From contig CAYLJV010000001.1 of the NCBI GenBank assembly GCA_964384105.1, forward strand, positions 256,001 through 320,000: 64,000 nucleotides of DNA, in the 5' to 3' direction. The DNA is from Candidatus Hadarchaeota archaeon (lineage in GTDB: Archaea; Hadarchaeota; Hadarchaeia; Hadarchaeales; JAGGTB01). The notes beneath the pieces are model-generated. The model was not told where the DNA came from. It did no database searches and worked only from the letters and a program-made list of their open reading frames with translations. Position 1 is the stretch's first letter. The number at the start of each line of letters is the position of its first letter. Shown piece after piece: positions 1 to 10,964 of this stretch. Made by a program: the position numbers and the translations under genes.

Positions 1-66
1 TCTGCTGTGGCTGTTATAGATCCCGGTGATTCCAGAGTTCTAGAGTTAGGTGAAGTTCCTAAATGA
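1..66 (+). CDS. rpl30e: 50S ribosomal protein L30e, C-terminal fragment (5' truncated by window)
   Basis: Frame 1 reads SAVAVIDPGDSRVLELGEVPK*, matching the L30e C-terminal IDPGDS motif; sits directly upstream of nusA as in the archaeal str cluster. Confidence 0.85.
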   Translation, partial: SAVAVIDPGDSRVLELGEVPK

Positions 67-491
67 AAATCAAGCTTAGTAATGAGAAACTTCGATATAT
101 TGCGCTGTTCGAGGAATTGACGGGGGTTACTCCAAAGGATTTTGTAAAAAGCGGAAACAAAAACCGTTTTACTTTCGTAGTATCCGAGGTGGATATGGGT
201 AAGGCCATTGGGGAGAATGGTAGGAATATTAAAAAAGTTAGGCAGAAGCTTAGCAAGGATGTAAATGTGGTAAAGTATTCTCCTGATCCAAAGGAGTTTC
301 TAAAGAATATTTTTTCACCGATCGAGATTCAAAAAATAAGAATAGATGAGGAAGAAGAAAAAAAGAAAGCAATTGTTAATGTGGATATGTCTGAGAAAGG
401 ACGTGTTGTGGGCCGAAACGGCTGGAATATAGAACGGGCAAGAAAGCTCTTGGACCGTCACCACGGAATATCAGAAATTATATTAGCATGA
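63..491 (+). CDS. nusA: Archaeal NusA (two KH domains)
   Basis: YIALFEELTG, GKAIGENGRN and GRVVGRNGWN KH motifs; synteny. Confidence 0.95.
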   Translation: MKIKLSNEKLRYIALFEELTGVTPKDFVKSGNKNRFTFVVSEVDMGKAIGENGRNIKKVRQKLSKDVNVVKYSPDPKEFLKNIFSPIEIQKIRIDEEEEKKKAIVNVDMSEKGRVVGRNGWNIERARKLLDRHHGISEIILA

Positions 492-546
492 ACGTGACTT
501 TTAAGAAAGAATTGCGATTTAATGATAATGAAAAAGAGGTTAAAAT

Positions 547-984
547 ATGAGTAAAGGTGCTAGTGGAGAATTTGCTGCTAGAAAACTTAAGAAGAGCAGG
601 CAGAAGGATAGATGGCAGGATGAGGACTATCGAAGACGGATGTTAGGTCTAGATGAAAAGACTGACCCATTAGGTGGTTCTCCACAAGCAAGAGGAATTG
701 TTCTCTCAAAAGTTGGTGTAGAGGCTAAACAGCCTAATTCAGCTATAAGGAAATGTGTTAGAGTTCAGATAATTAAGAATGGTAGAAGAATAACAGCGTT
801 TGTTCCAGGAACAAATGCTATTAGCTTTATCGATGAACATGACGAGGTTCTCATAGAGGGTATCGGAGGAGCAGAAGGCGGGGCGAAAGGGGATATTCCT
901 GGAGTTGGACATAAGGTTATAAAAGTCAATGGGGTTTCTCTAGAAGAGTTGGTCAGAGGCAGAAAGGAGAAGCCTGCTAGGTGA
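547..984 (+). CDS. rps12: 30S ribosomal protein uS12
   Basis: [18 protein letters not shown] signature. Confidence 0.99.
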   Translation: MSKGASGEFAARKLKKSRQKDRWQDEDYRRRMLGLDEKTDPLGGSPQARGIVLSKVGVEAKQPNSAIRKCVRVQIIKNGRRITAFVPGTNAISFIDEHDEVLIEGIGGAEGGAKGDIPGVGHKVIKVNGVSLEELVRGRKEKPAR

Positions 985-1595
985 TTTTTTTGGAATTAAA
1001 ATATTTTGGAAAATGGTCAGTTGATGACGTTAAAGTTGAAGATCGTGGTCTTAGAAGGTATATGAAGCTAGAACCCAGGCTTTCACCCCATGTTGCGGGA
1101 AGACAAAACGCGAAACGTTTCAAAAAAGAGGAAGTTCCGATAGTCGAAAGGCTGATGAATAAATTAATGAGGTCCGGACCAGGTAAGGGTAAAGTAGGCG
1201 GGAAAAGTATTAGAGGGGGAAAAGCGTGTGGGAAGAAGCAAAAGGCCTATCAAATCGTTCTTGAGGCCTTCGAGATAATAGAGAAAAAGGAAAACAAAAA
1301 TCCGATTCAAGTTTTGGTTGACGCTATTCAAAATTCGGCACCGCGAGAGGAGACCACTAAAATAAGCTATGGGGGCATAACTTATCACGAGGCTGTTGAT
1401 TCTTCACCCCTTCGTAGACTTGATATAGCTTTGAAAAACTTAGCGGATGGAGCTTATTCTTCCTCATTTAAAAATAAAAAGTCTATAGAAGAGTGTTTGG
1501 CAGAAGAACTTATTCTAGCCGCTGAGGGCGATACAAAAAGCTATGGCGTAGAAAAGAAAGGCGGAATTGAGCGAATAGCAAAGGGTGCTAGGTAA
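981..1595 (+). CDS. rps7: 30S ribosomal protein uS7
   Basis: [37 protein letters not shown]. Confidence 0.98.
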   Translation: MIFLELKYFGKWSVDDVKVEDRGLRRYMKLEPRLSPHVAGRQNAKRFKKEEVPIVERLMNKLMRSGPGKGKVGGKSIRGGKACGKKQKAYQIVLEAFEIIEKKENKNPIQVLVDAIQNSAPREETTKISYGGITYHEAVDSSPLRRLDIALKNLADGAYSSSFKNKKSIEECLAEELILAAEGDTKSYGVEKKGGIERIAKGAR

Positions 1596-1647
1596 TTAGC
1601 GAAAGCCTTTTTAATAGGTTTGTAAAAGTTACATCGAGGAGAAATAA

Positions 1648-2913
1648 ATGGCTGAAAAACCACACATGAATCTGGCGGTTATCGGTCATGTCGACCATGG
1701 AAAGTCTACCCTTATTGGTAGGACTTTTTATGAAACAGGATTGATCGACGATTCAGTTATCGACGAATTCGAGAAAATGGGCGAAAAAGGTAAGACCTTC
1801 AAATTCGCTTGGGTCATGGATGCTGTTAAAGAAGAGAGAGAAAGAGGTCTGACGATAGATCTTGCTCACGAAAAATTTGAGACGGACGAGTTTTACTTCA
1901 CGGTTATCGATGCGCCGGGACACAAGGACTTCGTTAAGAACATGATTACTGGAGCTAGTCAGGCAGATGCAGCTGTTCTAGTTGTTGCTGCTGACGATGG
2001 AGTAATGCCACAGACTCGGGAACACGCGGCGCTAGCTTACACTTTAGGAATAAACCAACTTGTTGTTGTGATAAACAAGATGGACAAAGTTGGATACAAA
2101 CAAGATACGTATGAGCAGGTCAAGAAGAACTTGATTAAACTCCTTAGTGGAATTGGATATAAGAATCCAAAAGATTTTGTATATCTTCCTGCTTCTGCTT
2201 TTGAGGGGAAGAATATTGCAGAGCCTGCTGAGGAGATAGACTGGTACGATGGACCAACTTTCATTAAAGCCTTGGACACTTTCGAAGTTCCAGAAAAGCC
2301 CGTTGACAAACCATTGAGAATACCCGTGCAAGATGTTTACTCTATCACAGGTGTAGGAACAGTCCCTGTTGGGAGAGTTGAAACGGGTACTATAAAAATC
2401 GGAGATAAGATTGTATTCCTACCTTCCGATAAGCAAGGTGAAGTAAAGTCTATTGAAATGCATCATGAAGAAATAGAGAATGCAGAACCCGGAGATAACA
2501 TCGGATTTAATATAAGAGGTATCGGAAAGGATGAGATCAGACGTGGTGATGTAGCGGGTCACCCAGATAATCCTCCAACAGTTGTTGAGGAATTCACAGC
2601 TCGAATTGCTGTTCTGGAACATCCTTCGGCGATTACTGCAGGTTATACTCCAGTTTTCCATGCGCACACGGCACAGGTTTCCAGTGAGATCGTTGAAATA
2701 ATGCAAAAATTGGACCCGAAAACTGGTGAAGTACTTGAAGAAAATCCTGACTTCATAAAGAAGGGAGATATGGCTACGATCAGAGTTAGGCCTAAGAGAC
2801 CTTTAGTAATAGAAAAAGCCTCTGAAATACCTCATATGAGCAGATTTGCGATAAGAGATATGGGCCAGACTGTAGCTGCCGGAGTAGTTACTGATTTGAA
2901 AGAGAAAAAATAA
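1648..2913 (+). CDS. tuf: Translation elongation factor EF-1 alpha
   Basis: [23 protein letters not shown] and NKMD motifs. Confidence 0.99.
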   Translation: MAEKPHMNLAVIGHVDHGKSTLIGRTFYETGLIDDSVIDEFEKMGEKGKTFKFAWVMDAVKEERERGLTIDLAHEKFETDEFYFTVIDAPGHKDFVKNMITGASQADAAVLVVAADDGVMPQTREHAALAYTLGINQLVVVINKMDKVGYKQDTYEQVKKNLIKLLSGIGYKNPKDFVYLPASAFEGKNIAEPAEEIDWYDGPTFIKALDTFEVPEKPVDKPLRIPVQDVYSITGVGTVPVGRVETGTIKIGDKIVFLPSDKQGEVKSIEMHHEEIENAEPGDNIGFNIRGIGKDEIRRGDVAGHPDNPPTVVEEFTARIAVLEHPSAITAGYTPVFHAHTAQVSSEIVEIMQKLDPKTGEVLEENPDFIKKGDMATIRVRPKRPLVIEKASEIPHMSRFAIRDMGQTVAAGVVTDLKEKK

Positions 2914-2924
2914 CCTCTTTTGAG

Positions 2925-2965
2925 GTAAAATCTCTTTTTTCTTTTCTTACTTTGTTTTCTTTGAA
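2925..2965 (+). terminator. T-rich archaeal terminator-like tract after tuf
   Basis: TCTCTTTTTTCTTTTCTTACTTTGTTTTCTTT just after the stop codon. Confidence 0.4.
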
Positions 2966-3075
2966 GGAAACTTCCTTGTTTTTGAGTGCCATTATTAATT
3001 TATATTCGTAGATTTTCACGAAAAGGAAAAACTTTTTTATCTATTCATCGCTTCTTTGGTAGAGTGGGATTAAAC

Positions 3076-3384
3076 TTGCAAAAAGCTAGAATAAAATTAT
3101 CCGGAACGGATGCAGAGAAACTTGACGAGGTTTGTAAAGAGCTCATCGGCATAGCGGAGCGAATAGGTGCGGAAAAGTCGGGCCCTATACCTCTTCCTAC
3201 TAATAGGGTTAAAATCCCCATTAGGAAATCCCCCGATGGTGAGGGTACTGCCACTTGGGATAAATGGGAACTTAGGATCCATAAAAGATTGATTGATATG
3301 GAAGCTAATGAGCGAGCTATGAAACAGATAATGAGAGTTCAAGTTCCTGAAGAAGTTAATATTGAGATAGAAATGACTTCATGA
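3076..3384 (+). CDS. rps10: 30S ribosomal protein uS10
   Basis: [32 protein letters not shown]; probable start is TTG 3076 (ORF is open from 2986). Confidence 0.97.
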   Translation: MQKARIKLSGTDAEKLDEVCKELIGIAERIGAEKSGPIPLPTNRVKIPIRKSPDGEGTATWDKWELRIHKRLIDMEANERAMKQIMRVQVPEEVNIEIEMTS

Positions 3385-3452
3385 TTCTTCCAGATTTAAT
3401 CTTTTCTTGAGAACTAGTTTTAAGCTCTGAGTTTGTTTATTAATAACTGAGA

Positions 3453-3537
3453 GCCGGGGTGGCAGAATCTGGCAATGCGCCGGCTTTGAGAGCCGGTGGC
3501 CGTTATGGCCTTCTGGGTTCAAATCCCAGCCCCGGCG
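3453..3537 (+). tRNA. tRNA-Ser(TGA)
   Basis: Acceptor GCCGGGG/CCCCGGC, anticodon arm CCGGC-TTTGAGA-GCCGG, long variable arm, TTCAAAT T-loop, G73; usual position after rps10. Confidence 0.95.
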
Positions 3538-3553
3538 CCTAAAAGTGATTCAG

Positions 3554-3979
3554 ATGAAGAAATTTGAGTGGGTAGACCACCCTTCGGATATAGGTTTTAG
3601 AGCATATGGCAGAGATTTGAGAGAGGCTTTTGAAAATGCAGCTTTGGCTCTTACTGAGATTATTACAGATGCGAAGAAGGTTAAAGCCGAAAAAGAGGTT
3701 TCTATTGAGTTAAGATCTGAGGACAAAGAAGCTTTACTATATGACTGGCTAGATCATCTTCTATATCTTCATGGTGCGGAGAGGTTTATTGGATCTAAAT
3801 TCAAGGTTAAAGAGATCTCAAGTAATGAAGAACTTGAGTTGAAGGCAAAAGCATGGGGGGAAAAGCATGATCCAGAACGCCATGGGCCAGGGACTGAAGT
3901 GAAAGCGGTTACCTATCATATGATGGAGATTGATTGTGGGAATGATCAATGCTCAGTTCAGGTTGTTGTAGACATATAG
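3554..3979 (+). CDS. Archease (RtcB activator)
   Basis: DHPSDIG at the N-terminus and EVKAVTYH...VVVDI at the C-terminus; near rtcB. Confidence 0.95.
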   Translation: MKKFEWVDHPSDIGFRAYGRDLREAFENAALALTEIITDAKKVKAEKEVSIELRSEDKEALLYDWLDHLLYLHGAERFIGSKFKVKEISSNEELELKAKAWGEKHDPERHGPGTEVKAVTYHMMEIDCGNDQCSVQVVVDI

Positions 3980-4187
3980 TTTTCTAAGAGGAAATTTTCG
4001 ACCTTCTTATCCTTCTAGAGTTTAGAAAAATCAAGTAGTTCCTTATTCTACTAAATGAAAGCTTTAAAAGACCGATATTTATTTTAAAACTTTCGATGCT
4101 CTATATAGATGGTAATAGCTCTAAATCAGGACTTTTTTTAGTTAAAGTTAAGAGTCTAGAGAATCAAAATGGAATGGGGAGATTTAA

Positions 4188-4901
4188 TTGGATATTTCCG
4201 AGCTTAGAGAACGGATTAGAGAGCGAGAAGAAGATTACGTTATGCCGGTGTACCTTCCATATCTACCCGCTATTCTGGGAATTATTTCGATACCGATTAT
4301 AGTGATTTCAGCAGTCCTTGGGTTTGATAATATAGGATTTTTTGCTTCGGGAATGGTTTTTGTTGCTATTTTGGGGATCGCGGGAGCAATTATAGGACTC
4401 TTTGTTTTATACAAATGGATAGATAGGAGAAATGGTCACTTCAAGAGAGTACAGTTACTATACGAGAATTTGTTGGATTTTTTGAGCGGAAAAGGATCCG
4501 AAGAGGACATTAGAAGAGCGAGAAGATCCCTTAGAGAAATGGAAAGTGAATCAGACAAAAAAAATCCAGTTTTATGGATAATATTAGCAATAGTTTTCTG
4601 GCCAATTTGGTTCTATATATTCCATTTCTTAACCAAGGATTTTTTCGATCATCAGAAACGAGAAAACTTTGTATTTGAAGATATCGGTAAAGCTATTGAA
4701 TCAGCTGGTGGAGAATTTAGTTTCCGAGGGTATGACACAATAGAGAATAGGAATACGATTCTATACATAGTATTAACAATAATTACTCTAGGGCTCTTTG
4801 GGCTATACTGGATATACGTTATTACAAAGGATCCCAACAAGCATTTCAAAGAATCGGCCAGAGTAGAAAGTAGGCTACTGGAATCGTTGGAGTCTATCTA
4901 G
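4188..4901 (+). CDS. Membrane protein, DUF4234-like
   Basis: Several TM segments; C-terminal LTIITLGLFGLYWIYVITKDPNKHF repeat-like motif. Confidence 0.6.
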   Translation: MDISELRERIREREEDYVMPVYLPYLPAILGIISIPIIVISAVLGFDNIGFFASGMVFVAILGIAGAIIGLFVLYKWIDRRNGHFKRVQLLYENLLDFLSGKGSEEDIRRARRSLREMESESDKKNPVLWIILAIVFWPIWFYIFHFLTKDFFDHQKRENFVFEDIGKAIESAGGEFSFRGYDTIENRNTILYIVLTIITLGLFGLYWIYVITKDPNKHFKESARVESRLLESLESI

Positions 4902-4967
4902 AAAATTAATTTTTAAAATTCCAATATTTTTTTACACTACCAACAGTTGTTAGTATTTGGTGTTTAG

Positions 4968-6425
4968 ATGAGCTGGAAAGGAAAACTGAAAAAGATAGAT
5001 GATATAAGATGGGAGATCCCCGCGGATTATAAGCCTGAGATGAGGGTACCTACTAGAATTTATGCGAATACTGCGCTCTTAAACGAGATGAAGGGTGACC
5101 TTACACTGGAGCAGGGATCAAATGTTGCATCTTTAGGCGGGATTTACAAGTATTCAGTTGTTCTTCCGGATGGTCACCAAGGTTATGGTTTTCCCATTGG
5201 TGGTGTTGCTGCGACTGATGCCGAAGAAGGAGTAGTCTCACCGGGGGGTGTGGGTTACGATATTAATTGTGGTGTCAGACTTCTAAGAACTAATTTACAA
5301 AATTCAGATGTAAAGCCTAAAATTAAGGACCTAGTCGAAACCTTGTTTAAGAATGTTCCTTCAGGAGTTGGAAGCGAGAGCAAGGTAGAATTTTCTGTTT
5401 CGGAGTTAGACAGTATACTTGAGGGAGGAGCTCAGTGGGTTGTAGAAAACGATTACGGCTGGGCTGAGGATGTCAAGCGGCTTGAAGAGAATGGGCGAAT
5501 AGATTTTGCTGATGCTTCCGGTGTTAGTTCTAAGGCGAAAAATAGGGGGAAGACTCAGATCGGAAGTTTAGGTAGTGGAAATCACTTTTTAGAGGTACAA
5601 TACGTGGATGAGATTTACAGACCAGAAGTGGCCAAGGAATTTGGTATCACCGAGGAGGGTCAAGTTACTGTTATGATTCATACTGGTTCGAGAGGATTTG
5701 GTCATCAGGTTTGTTCTGATAATCTTAGAAAGGTCGAGAAGGCCGCCAAAAAATATGGGATCGATTTGCCAGATCGAGAACTAGCCAATGTTCCTATAAC
5801 TTCTGATGAAGGCCAAGACTACTTATCTCAGATGGCATGTGCAGCGAATTTTGCTTGGGCTAATCGTCAGATGATTACGCATTGGGTCCGGGAGACCTTC
5901 GACCAAGTCTGGGGTGAGTCTGCCGGCAAGTTAGGTCTTGAGATAGTCTACGATGTCGCCCATAATATAGCAAAATTTGAGGAACATAAGGTGGATGGAG
6001 GCAAGAAGAATGTCTGTGTTCACAGAAAGGGCGCTACCAGAGCTTTTCCGCCAGGCCATTCCGAGATTCCACAGATATACAGAAGTGTTGGACAGCCGGT
6101 TATAATACCTGGAAACATGGGTACTGCTAGTTACGTACTAGTTGGCACTGAAAAGGGGATGAATGAGACTTTTGGATCCACCGCTCATGGAGCAGGTCGG
6201 AGAATGAGTAGATCAGGAGCCAAAGGTAAGTTCTGGGGTGAAGACGTCAAGAAAGATCTCTGGGATAAACAGAGTATCTATGTCAAGGCCACTCATGGGT
6301 CTGTAATCGCAGAGGAGGCGCCTGGAGCGTATAAAGACATAGATGAAGTCGTGAAAGTAAGCGATGAGGCAGGTATAGGTAATCTGGTGGCTCGGTTAAG
6401 ACCAATGGGTGTTGCTAAAGGGTAG
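4968..6425 (+). CDS. rtcB: tRNA-splicing ligase RtcB
   Basis: [38 protein letters not shown] and STAHGAGR motifs. Confidence 0.98.
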   Translation: MSWKGKLKKIDDIRWEIPADYKPEMRVPTRIYANTALLNEMKGDLTLEQGSNVASLGGIYKYSVVLPDGHQGYGFPIGGVAATDAEEGVVSPGGVGYDINCGVRLLRTNLQNSDVKPKIKDLVETLFKNVPSGVGSESKVEFSVSELDSILEGGAQWVVENDYGWAEDVKRLEENGRIDFADASGVSSKAKNRGKTQIGSLGSGNHFLEVQYVDEIYRPEVAKEFGITEEGQVTVMIHTGSRGFGHQVCSDNLRKVEKAAKKYGIDLPDRELANVPITSDEGQDYLSQMACAANFAWANRQMITHWVRETFDQVWGESAGKLGLEIVYDVAHNIAKFEEHKVDGGKKNVCVHRKGATRAFPPGHSEIPQIYRSVGQPVIIPGNMGTASYVLVGTEKGMNETFGSTAHGAGRRMSRSGAKGKFWGEDVKKDLWDKQSIYVKATHGSVIAEEAPGAYKDIDEVVKVSDEAGIGNLVARLRPMGVAKG

Positions 6426-6430
6426 ATTTT

Positions 6431-7114
6431 TTATCTTTGTATTATAACTCTTTTAGCTCCATAGATGTCTTTTACTTTTATTTCAAGGTTGGAATTTTCA
6501 ATTGCTAGTTCTATCTTTATACCTTCGCAGCGGTAGTTTTCGTTTAGACTATTTTCTAGATAATTCAATTTGTCAACTTTTACGTCTTCGGCTTTTTCAG
6601 ATATTTGATTTGCAATATATTTGAGTCTTTGAAACCTGGAGAGTACCGATGTTTTTAATGAGATTCCGTAGGCAATAGGACCTTTGACATGTCTTACTTT
6701 GCTTTTTAAGTAAGCTTTTACGATTAAACTACCGTTTGGTTGCCAGGTAAAGTCAATTGAGTTCTCGTTTATCAAAGGTATATTAACTTCGATGTTTGGA
6801 TAGTTCCAACCTTGCTGAATTTTTTGATTCATGTAGTTGATTATGAATTTTTCAATGTTTTCTTCTGTTCCGCCTTTTGATCCCACGTCATACATTGCTG
6901 CCGCTATTGAGGTATTTAGGGCCTTGTTCATTTCAGATTTTATGGATTCGTTAGTGGCTTTAGTGATATCTTCTGCGGTAAGCCTCTGTATTGTTGATAT
7001 TTCTTCTTGATTCGAATAATTTAGGTAGAGGATTACCATATTTGAGGATACTACTACAAAAATCAAAAAAATTGCGAGGACCGGGGCAATACCTCTTTCT
7101 GAATCCAACATCAT
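6431..7114 (-). CDS. Pilin-like protein with a class III signal peptide
   Basis: N-terminus MMLDSERG|IAPVLAIFLIFVVV: short charged leader ending in G, then a hydrophobic helix; near T4P ATPase/TadC genes. Confidence 0.6.
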   Translation of the reverse strand: MMLDSERGIAPVLAIFLIFVVVSSNMVILYLNYSNQEEISTIQRLTAEDITKATNESIKSEMNKALNTSIAAAMYDVGSKGGTEENIEKFIINYMNQKIQQGWNYPNIEVNIPLINENSIDFTWQPNGSLIVKAYLKSKVRHVKGPIAYGISLKTSVLSRFQRLKYIANQISEKAEDVKVDKLNYLENSLNENYRCEGIKIELAIENSNLEIKVKDIYGAKRVIIQR

Positions 7115-8124
7115 ATTTCTGCCTCTAGAGTAGGACTAGATTCAAAGACAAAGCAAGGTTGGTTTTCATTAACCTTCCAAAATACCATCGATAGGTAAGC
7201 AGTGATTGGGTTATCTTTTGAGTTGAGGTCGACACGCCAGGTTGGGTATCTAGAAATTTTAGTAGTGACAGTAGCTGCTTTTAGATTTATATTTTCTATT
7301 CTCAATATTTTGTTTTCATCTTTTATTTTCCAAGTTCTTCCTGTGAAGTGGGATCTTACTTCTTCCGGTTTAATAAACCAATTAGATAAATACGCTTTTC
7401 TAACAGAAGGGCAATCCTCGGAGAAAGAAAGGTTTGACTCAACTATTTTGTATTTTTCAATGAACCATGAGTTTTTTATATGTTCTATATTCTTTCGGTT
7501 TTCTTTCCCATAGATTTTTAACGTGGTTAGTAATGTTCCATTAGATGTAATTTTGGTTTTCAGAATATTTTCAGATTCCCATTTATAGTTTTTTATATCA
7601 AGATTTTCCTTACGTGGATATCTCCTTTTCACGTAGTGGTAGGAAGAGATAAGGGCTGCAGCTTCTCTTGGTTTATTTTTTGCAAAGTCATAGAAGGCTG
7701 GTGGCTTATGTATTTCTTCGAGTTCTAGATTTTCTCCAATTTTTATGGGGTTTGATGAAACGGATATTTTATTTTTGTCCCATCTTGTGTAGAGTTTTTC
7801 GCCGGGTTGAGGCACCGAAATTTTCTTTAATTCTGTTCCAACGTTTGTTTTGTATGTTTTTCCTTTTTGAGACCCGGTGATTATTTTTATTGCGAAATTG
7901 TTATTTTCTATATTCAATTCATATCTTGAATTTCCGATTGTTTTTGGTAATTCTATCGTTGATGTAGTTTCTTTATCAGTCGAGAACGCTATTTTAGCTA
8001 TACTATCGGCTAATTTCTGTGCCTCTTTTCCAGTCGAATAATCTTTTTGCTTATTTTTGTATGTTAGAAATATTCCTAGAATCAAAGATGCAATAACGAT
8101 TCCAAATAATATTCTCCAAATCAA
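7111..8124 (-). CDS. Membrane-anchored pilin-like/accessory protein
   Basis: N-terminal TM helix followed by an amphipathic helix (EAQKLADSIAK) and a beta-rich domain; same operon as the pilin-like genes. Confidence 0.45.
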   Translation of the reverse strand: MIWRILFGIVIASLILGIFLTYKNKQKDYSTGKEAQKLADSIAKIAFSTDKETTSTIELPKTIGNSRYELNIENNNFAIKIITGSQKGKTYKTNVGTELKKISVPQPGEKLYTRWDKNKISVSSNPIKIGENLELEEIHKPPAFYDFAKNKPREAAALISSYHYVKRRYPRKENLDIKNYKWESENILKTKITSNGTLLTTLKIYGKENRKNIEHIKNSWFIEKYKIVESNLSFSEDCPSVRKAYLSNWFIKPEEVRSHFTGRTWKIKDENKILRIENINLKAATVTTKISRYPTWRVDLNSKDNPITAYLSMVFWKVNENQPCFVFESSPTLEAEI

Positions 8125-8134
8125 GCCTTCTTGA

Positions 8135-8500
8135 TTATTTGATATTTATTTTCACCTTATTTTCTTTCTTTCTTAGGATGAGCGTATAGTCACCAAAAAT
8201 TAGGGTTGGACCTATTATTTCTAGATCCGTATTGTATGAGTGAGATTTTTTTATAACTGCTATAACTGATTTGTTGTCGAATATTATTTTACAGTCTTTC
8301 GGGACTTGGATTTTATAGGATTTCTGCGAACCTACTTCTTGTGAACTGAAGGAGTTAGCTATATTGGCTATTTTCTTTGAATCATTCTTGAATTCTTCTA
8401 GTTTTGTACTTCGATCCAATTTTTCTTTAAGCTGTAGTGATGTTCCCAGGATTATGAATGCAAGTATAATGCCTACTAAAAATTTTAAAGGACTTGACAA
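8135..8500 (-). CDS. Small pilin-like protein
   Basis: N-terminal hydrophobic helix plus a small beta domain (GSQKSYKIQVP); T4P context. Confidence 0.5.
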   Translation of the reverse strand: MSSPLKFLVGIILAFIILGTSLQLKEKLDRSTKLEEFKNDSKKIANIANSFSSQEVGSQKSYKIQVPKDCKIIFDNKSVIAVIKKSHSYNTDLEIIGPTLIFGDYTLILRKKENKVKINIK

Positions 8501-8723
8501 AGAATCAACCTAAATTCGGTGTCATTTTCTTAGTGTTCGTTGGTTCTGGCTCCAACTATTTCACTTAGCTATCCTAACACAGACTTTAAAATGTTTTTAG
8601 TAGTGCACTTCTTTTGTTTTCAAGCTCGCTTTTATTCAAAAAAGAGGGGATAAATAAAGCATTATTTGTTATAAGAAAGGGTGATTGTTCGAATGGGATG
8701 TATTCCCTTATGGAGGAAGGACA

Positions 8724-10964
8724 ATGAGTCGAAAGGGGGATAAATTCCAGCAACGAGCCGAAATAAGTCGTTCAGGACCGATTTTAATTGCAGAATGCGA
8801 CTGTCATGGTTGTGAGGGCTCAGGGGATTTGAATTCAGAAGTTTGCAGATTTTGCGTTTTCAGTGGTCTTGGTGGGGAAAGAAGGATTGATTGGGTTATT
8901 CTAAAAAAAAGTTATCATCGAATTTATCCTACACCAAAGATTTCGGATTTAGCAAATAAAATAGCTAGATTTAGGACAAAGATTCTTGACCGTGATTTTT
9001 GGGTCCAGAGTGATACTGGAGATCAATGCGAATCTTGTATTTCTAGAAAAGTAAAGAAGTTAGAAAACTTTCTACCGGAGCTGATGAGAAATCCTCATAA
9101 ATTTTCTGAAATCAAGAAAGAGATTTATTCAGAGCCGTTTCCTTTTGAGAGATGCGAATCGTGTATAAGAAAAAATTTTTTGAGTTCCTTGAAGGGCTTG
9201 GAATCTTCTTTGAATGAAGTCTTTTCTTCTGATCTTATGGATTTTGATTACAATGAGGGGTTAGGTTTTCGAGCAAAACCGTTTTTTATTGAGGGCTTAT
9301 GGAATTCATCCAAAAAAAGTGCTGAGATTCTCGATTCCTATAAATTACCCAATGAACGTGGAAGAGTTAACATTTACAATCAGAGTGGTAAGCCTATACC
9401 GTTTTATGAGTTAAAATTGCCTGAGTTTGATTTACCTGTTCAATTTGTCAATCTGTTGGATAATGCTTTTCAGATGGAAATAGATTCGGCTCCCACTCAT
9501 GCTCGTTTTGCTTATCCCGCTAATATAGCTCAGTTTTCTGAAGATTGGTATAATGCTCTTTTGAGGATTGTAAAGGAAAAAACTGAATTGGATATTTCTT
9601 CATCTCGACTTAGAGAACTTTCTAAGATAATGTCTAAATGGCTAGCATATAGAGTATTGGAACCTTTGAGTTGTGACGAAAAACTTACTGATATTTATAT
9701 AGAAGCCCCTCCTGAATTGCAACCTATTAGGGTGGTTCATCAGGATTGGGGTACATGTGAAACCGGTATTTATTGGTCTTCTGACTCTCTTCTAGGAATG
9801 GCCGAAGTCTTAGCTTCAAGATTGGGTCGTTCTTTTGATGAACCTAATCCTCAGCTCGATGTTGAACTTCCCGAGTTGGGTTTGAGATTGTTTATTAGTA
9901 GATATCCGGCTATTTGGACGAAAAATTCCGCTTCTGCCGCTATAAGGAAACGGAGGAGTAAACCTTGGACTCAATTGTTGTTTATGGAGAGGGGTTCGAT
10001 AACTCCGCTTGCTTCAGCTTTTGTTAGTAATCTTATCAGAAAAGGGGCTTCTATGTTTATCATTGGTGATATAGGTACAGCAAAGACATCTTATTTGTTT
10101 ACCCAGATTCCCGAAATAGGTCTATCTGAAAGAATAATTGTTTTTCAGGATACCAGAGAGATGCAATTTAAAAAATTTGTGAAAAAGGGATATGAAATAG
10201 AAAACGTTAGGGTTAGAAATCCTAAAAATCTCCAAAAACAAGTTAATTCTTTTTTAAGGGGTGGATCGGCTTATTGGCTTATAGCAGAAGCTAGATCCTC
10301 GGATGCGATTACGGCTACCCTTGCTGCTGCTGCTAGAAGAGGTAGTCAACCTATACTTTCTACTTTCCACGCTAGAACAAAACGGCAAATGTTTGATTTA
10401 GTATTTAATATAATGGATTTACATGAGTCTTCTTATAACTACATCGATTTAATAGTAGAAACTGCGAAATTTGAGACTCCAGATGGTACGATTCGGAGAA
10501 TAACGGAAGTCTCGGAGATTTTAAATGAATGGGAAGAGAAACCGAAGTATTCTAAGCTTTTTTCTGATGATAGGTCTGAGGATCTCTTAAAACCAGTGAA
10601 TGTTTTTGAGGGTCCTGAAGGTTTATTGAATGAAATAAGCTCTTATGACCTATCCAATGTTGACTTGGACAAAGCTAGAAAAAGTCTCAGTTTTTTATCT
10701 CCAGGAAAAGGTGGATCGGAATATGTACCGTGGTTGTGTAAACGTCTGGCTATAAAAAAAGAGGATTTCTTAGTCCAGATTTTGTCTGAAGCAAAAATGA
10801 AATCTGAACTTTTGAATAAAGCTATTAGAGAAGGGAAAGAGGAGATTCTTGAACTGCCATTTGTGACTAGGAGTTACAACAAATACTTTAGTGAATTAAA
10901 GAAAAAATCTCCCGATTTTAAAGAAGTGTTTTTGGATTGGAAGAGTTGGTTGGAGGGATTTTAG
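8724..10964 (+). CDS. Divergent VirB11/TadA/PilB-family secretion ATPase with Cys-rich N-terminus
   Basis: EPLSCDEKLTDIYI, Walker A variant GDIGTAKTS, Walker B IAEAR, STFHA, RRITEVSEI; start ATG 8724 after GGAGG. Confidence 0.8.
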   Translation: MSRKGDKFQQRAEISRSGPILIAECDCHGCEGSGDLNSEVCRFCVFSGLGGERRIDWVILKKSYHRIYPTPKISDLANKIARFRTKILDRDFWVQSDTGDQCESCISRKVKKLENFLPELMRNPHKFSEIKKEIYSEPFPFERCESCIRKNFLSSLKGLESSLNEVFSSDLMDFDYNEGLGFRAKPFFIEGLWNSSKKSAEILDSYKLPNERGRVNIYNQSGKPIPFYELKLPEFDLPVQFVNLLDNAFQMEIDSAPTHARFAYPANIAQFSEDWYNALLRIVKEKTELDISSSRLRELSKIMSKWLAYRVLEPLSCDEKLTDIYIEAPPELQPIRVVHQDWGTCETGIYWSSDSLLGMAEVLASRLGRSFDEPNPQLDVELPELGLRLFISRYPAIWTKNSASAAIRKRRSKPWTQLLFMERGSITPLASAFVSNLIRKGASMFIIGDIGTAKTSYLFTQIPEIGLSERIIVFQDTREMQFKKFVKKGYEIENVRVRNPKNLQKQVNSFLRGGSAYWLIAEARSSDAITATLAAAARRGSQPILSTFHARTKRQMFDLVFNIMDLHESSYNYIDLIVETAKFETPDGTIRRITEVSEILNEWEEKPKYSKLFSDDRSEDLLKPVNVFEGPEGLLNEISSYDLSNVDLDKARKSLSFLSPGKGGSEYVPWLCKRLAIKKEDFLVQILSEAKMKSELLNKAIREGKEEILELPFVTRSYNKYFSELKKKSPDFKEVFLDWKSWLEGF

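Noticed and set aside
3453-3537. Long-variable-arm tRNA containing TGA, considered as tRNA-Sec
   Set aside because: The anticodon is TGA (reads UCA, Ser), not TCA; it has an ordinary 7-bp acceptor stem and the usual tRNA-Ser position
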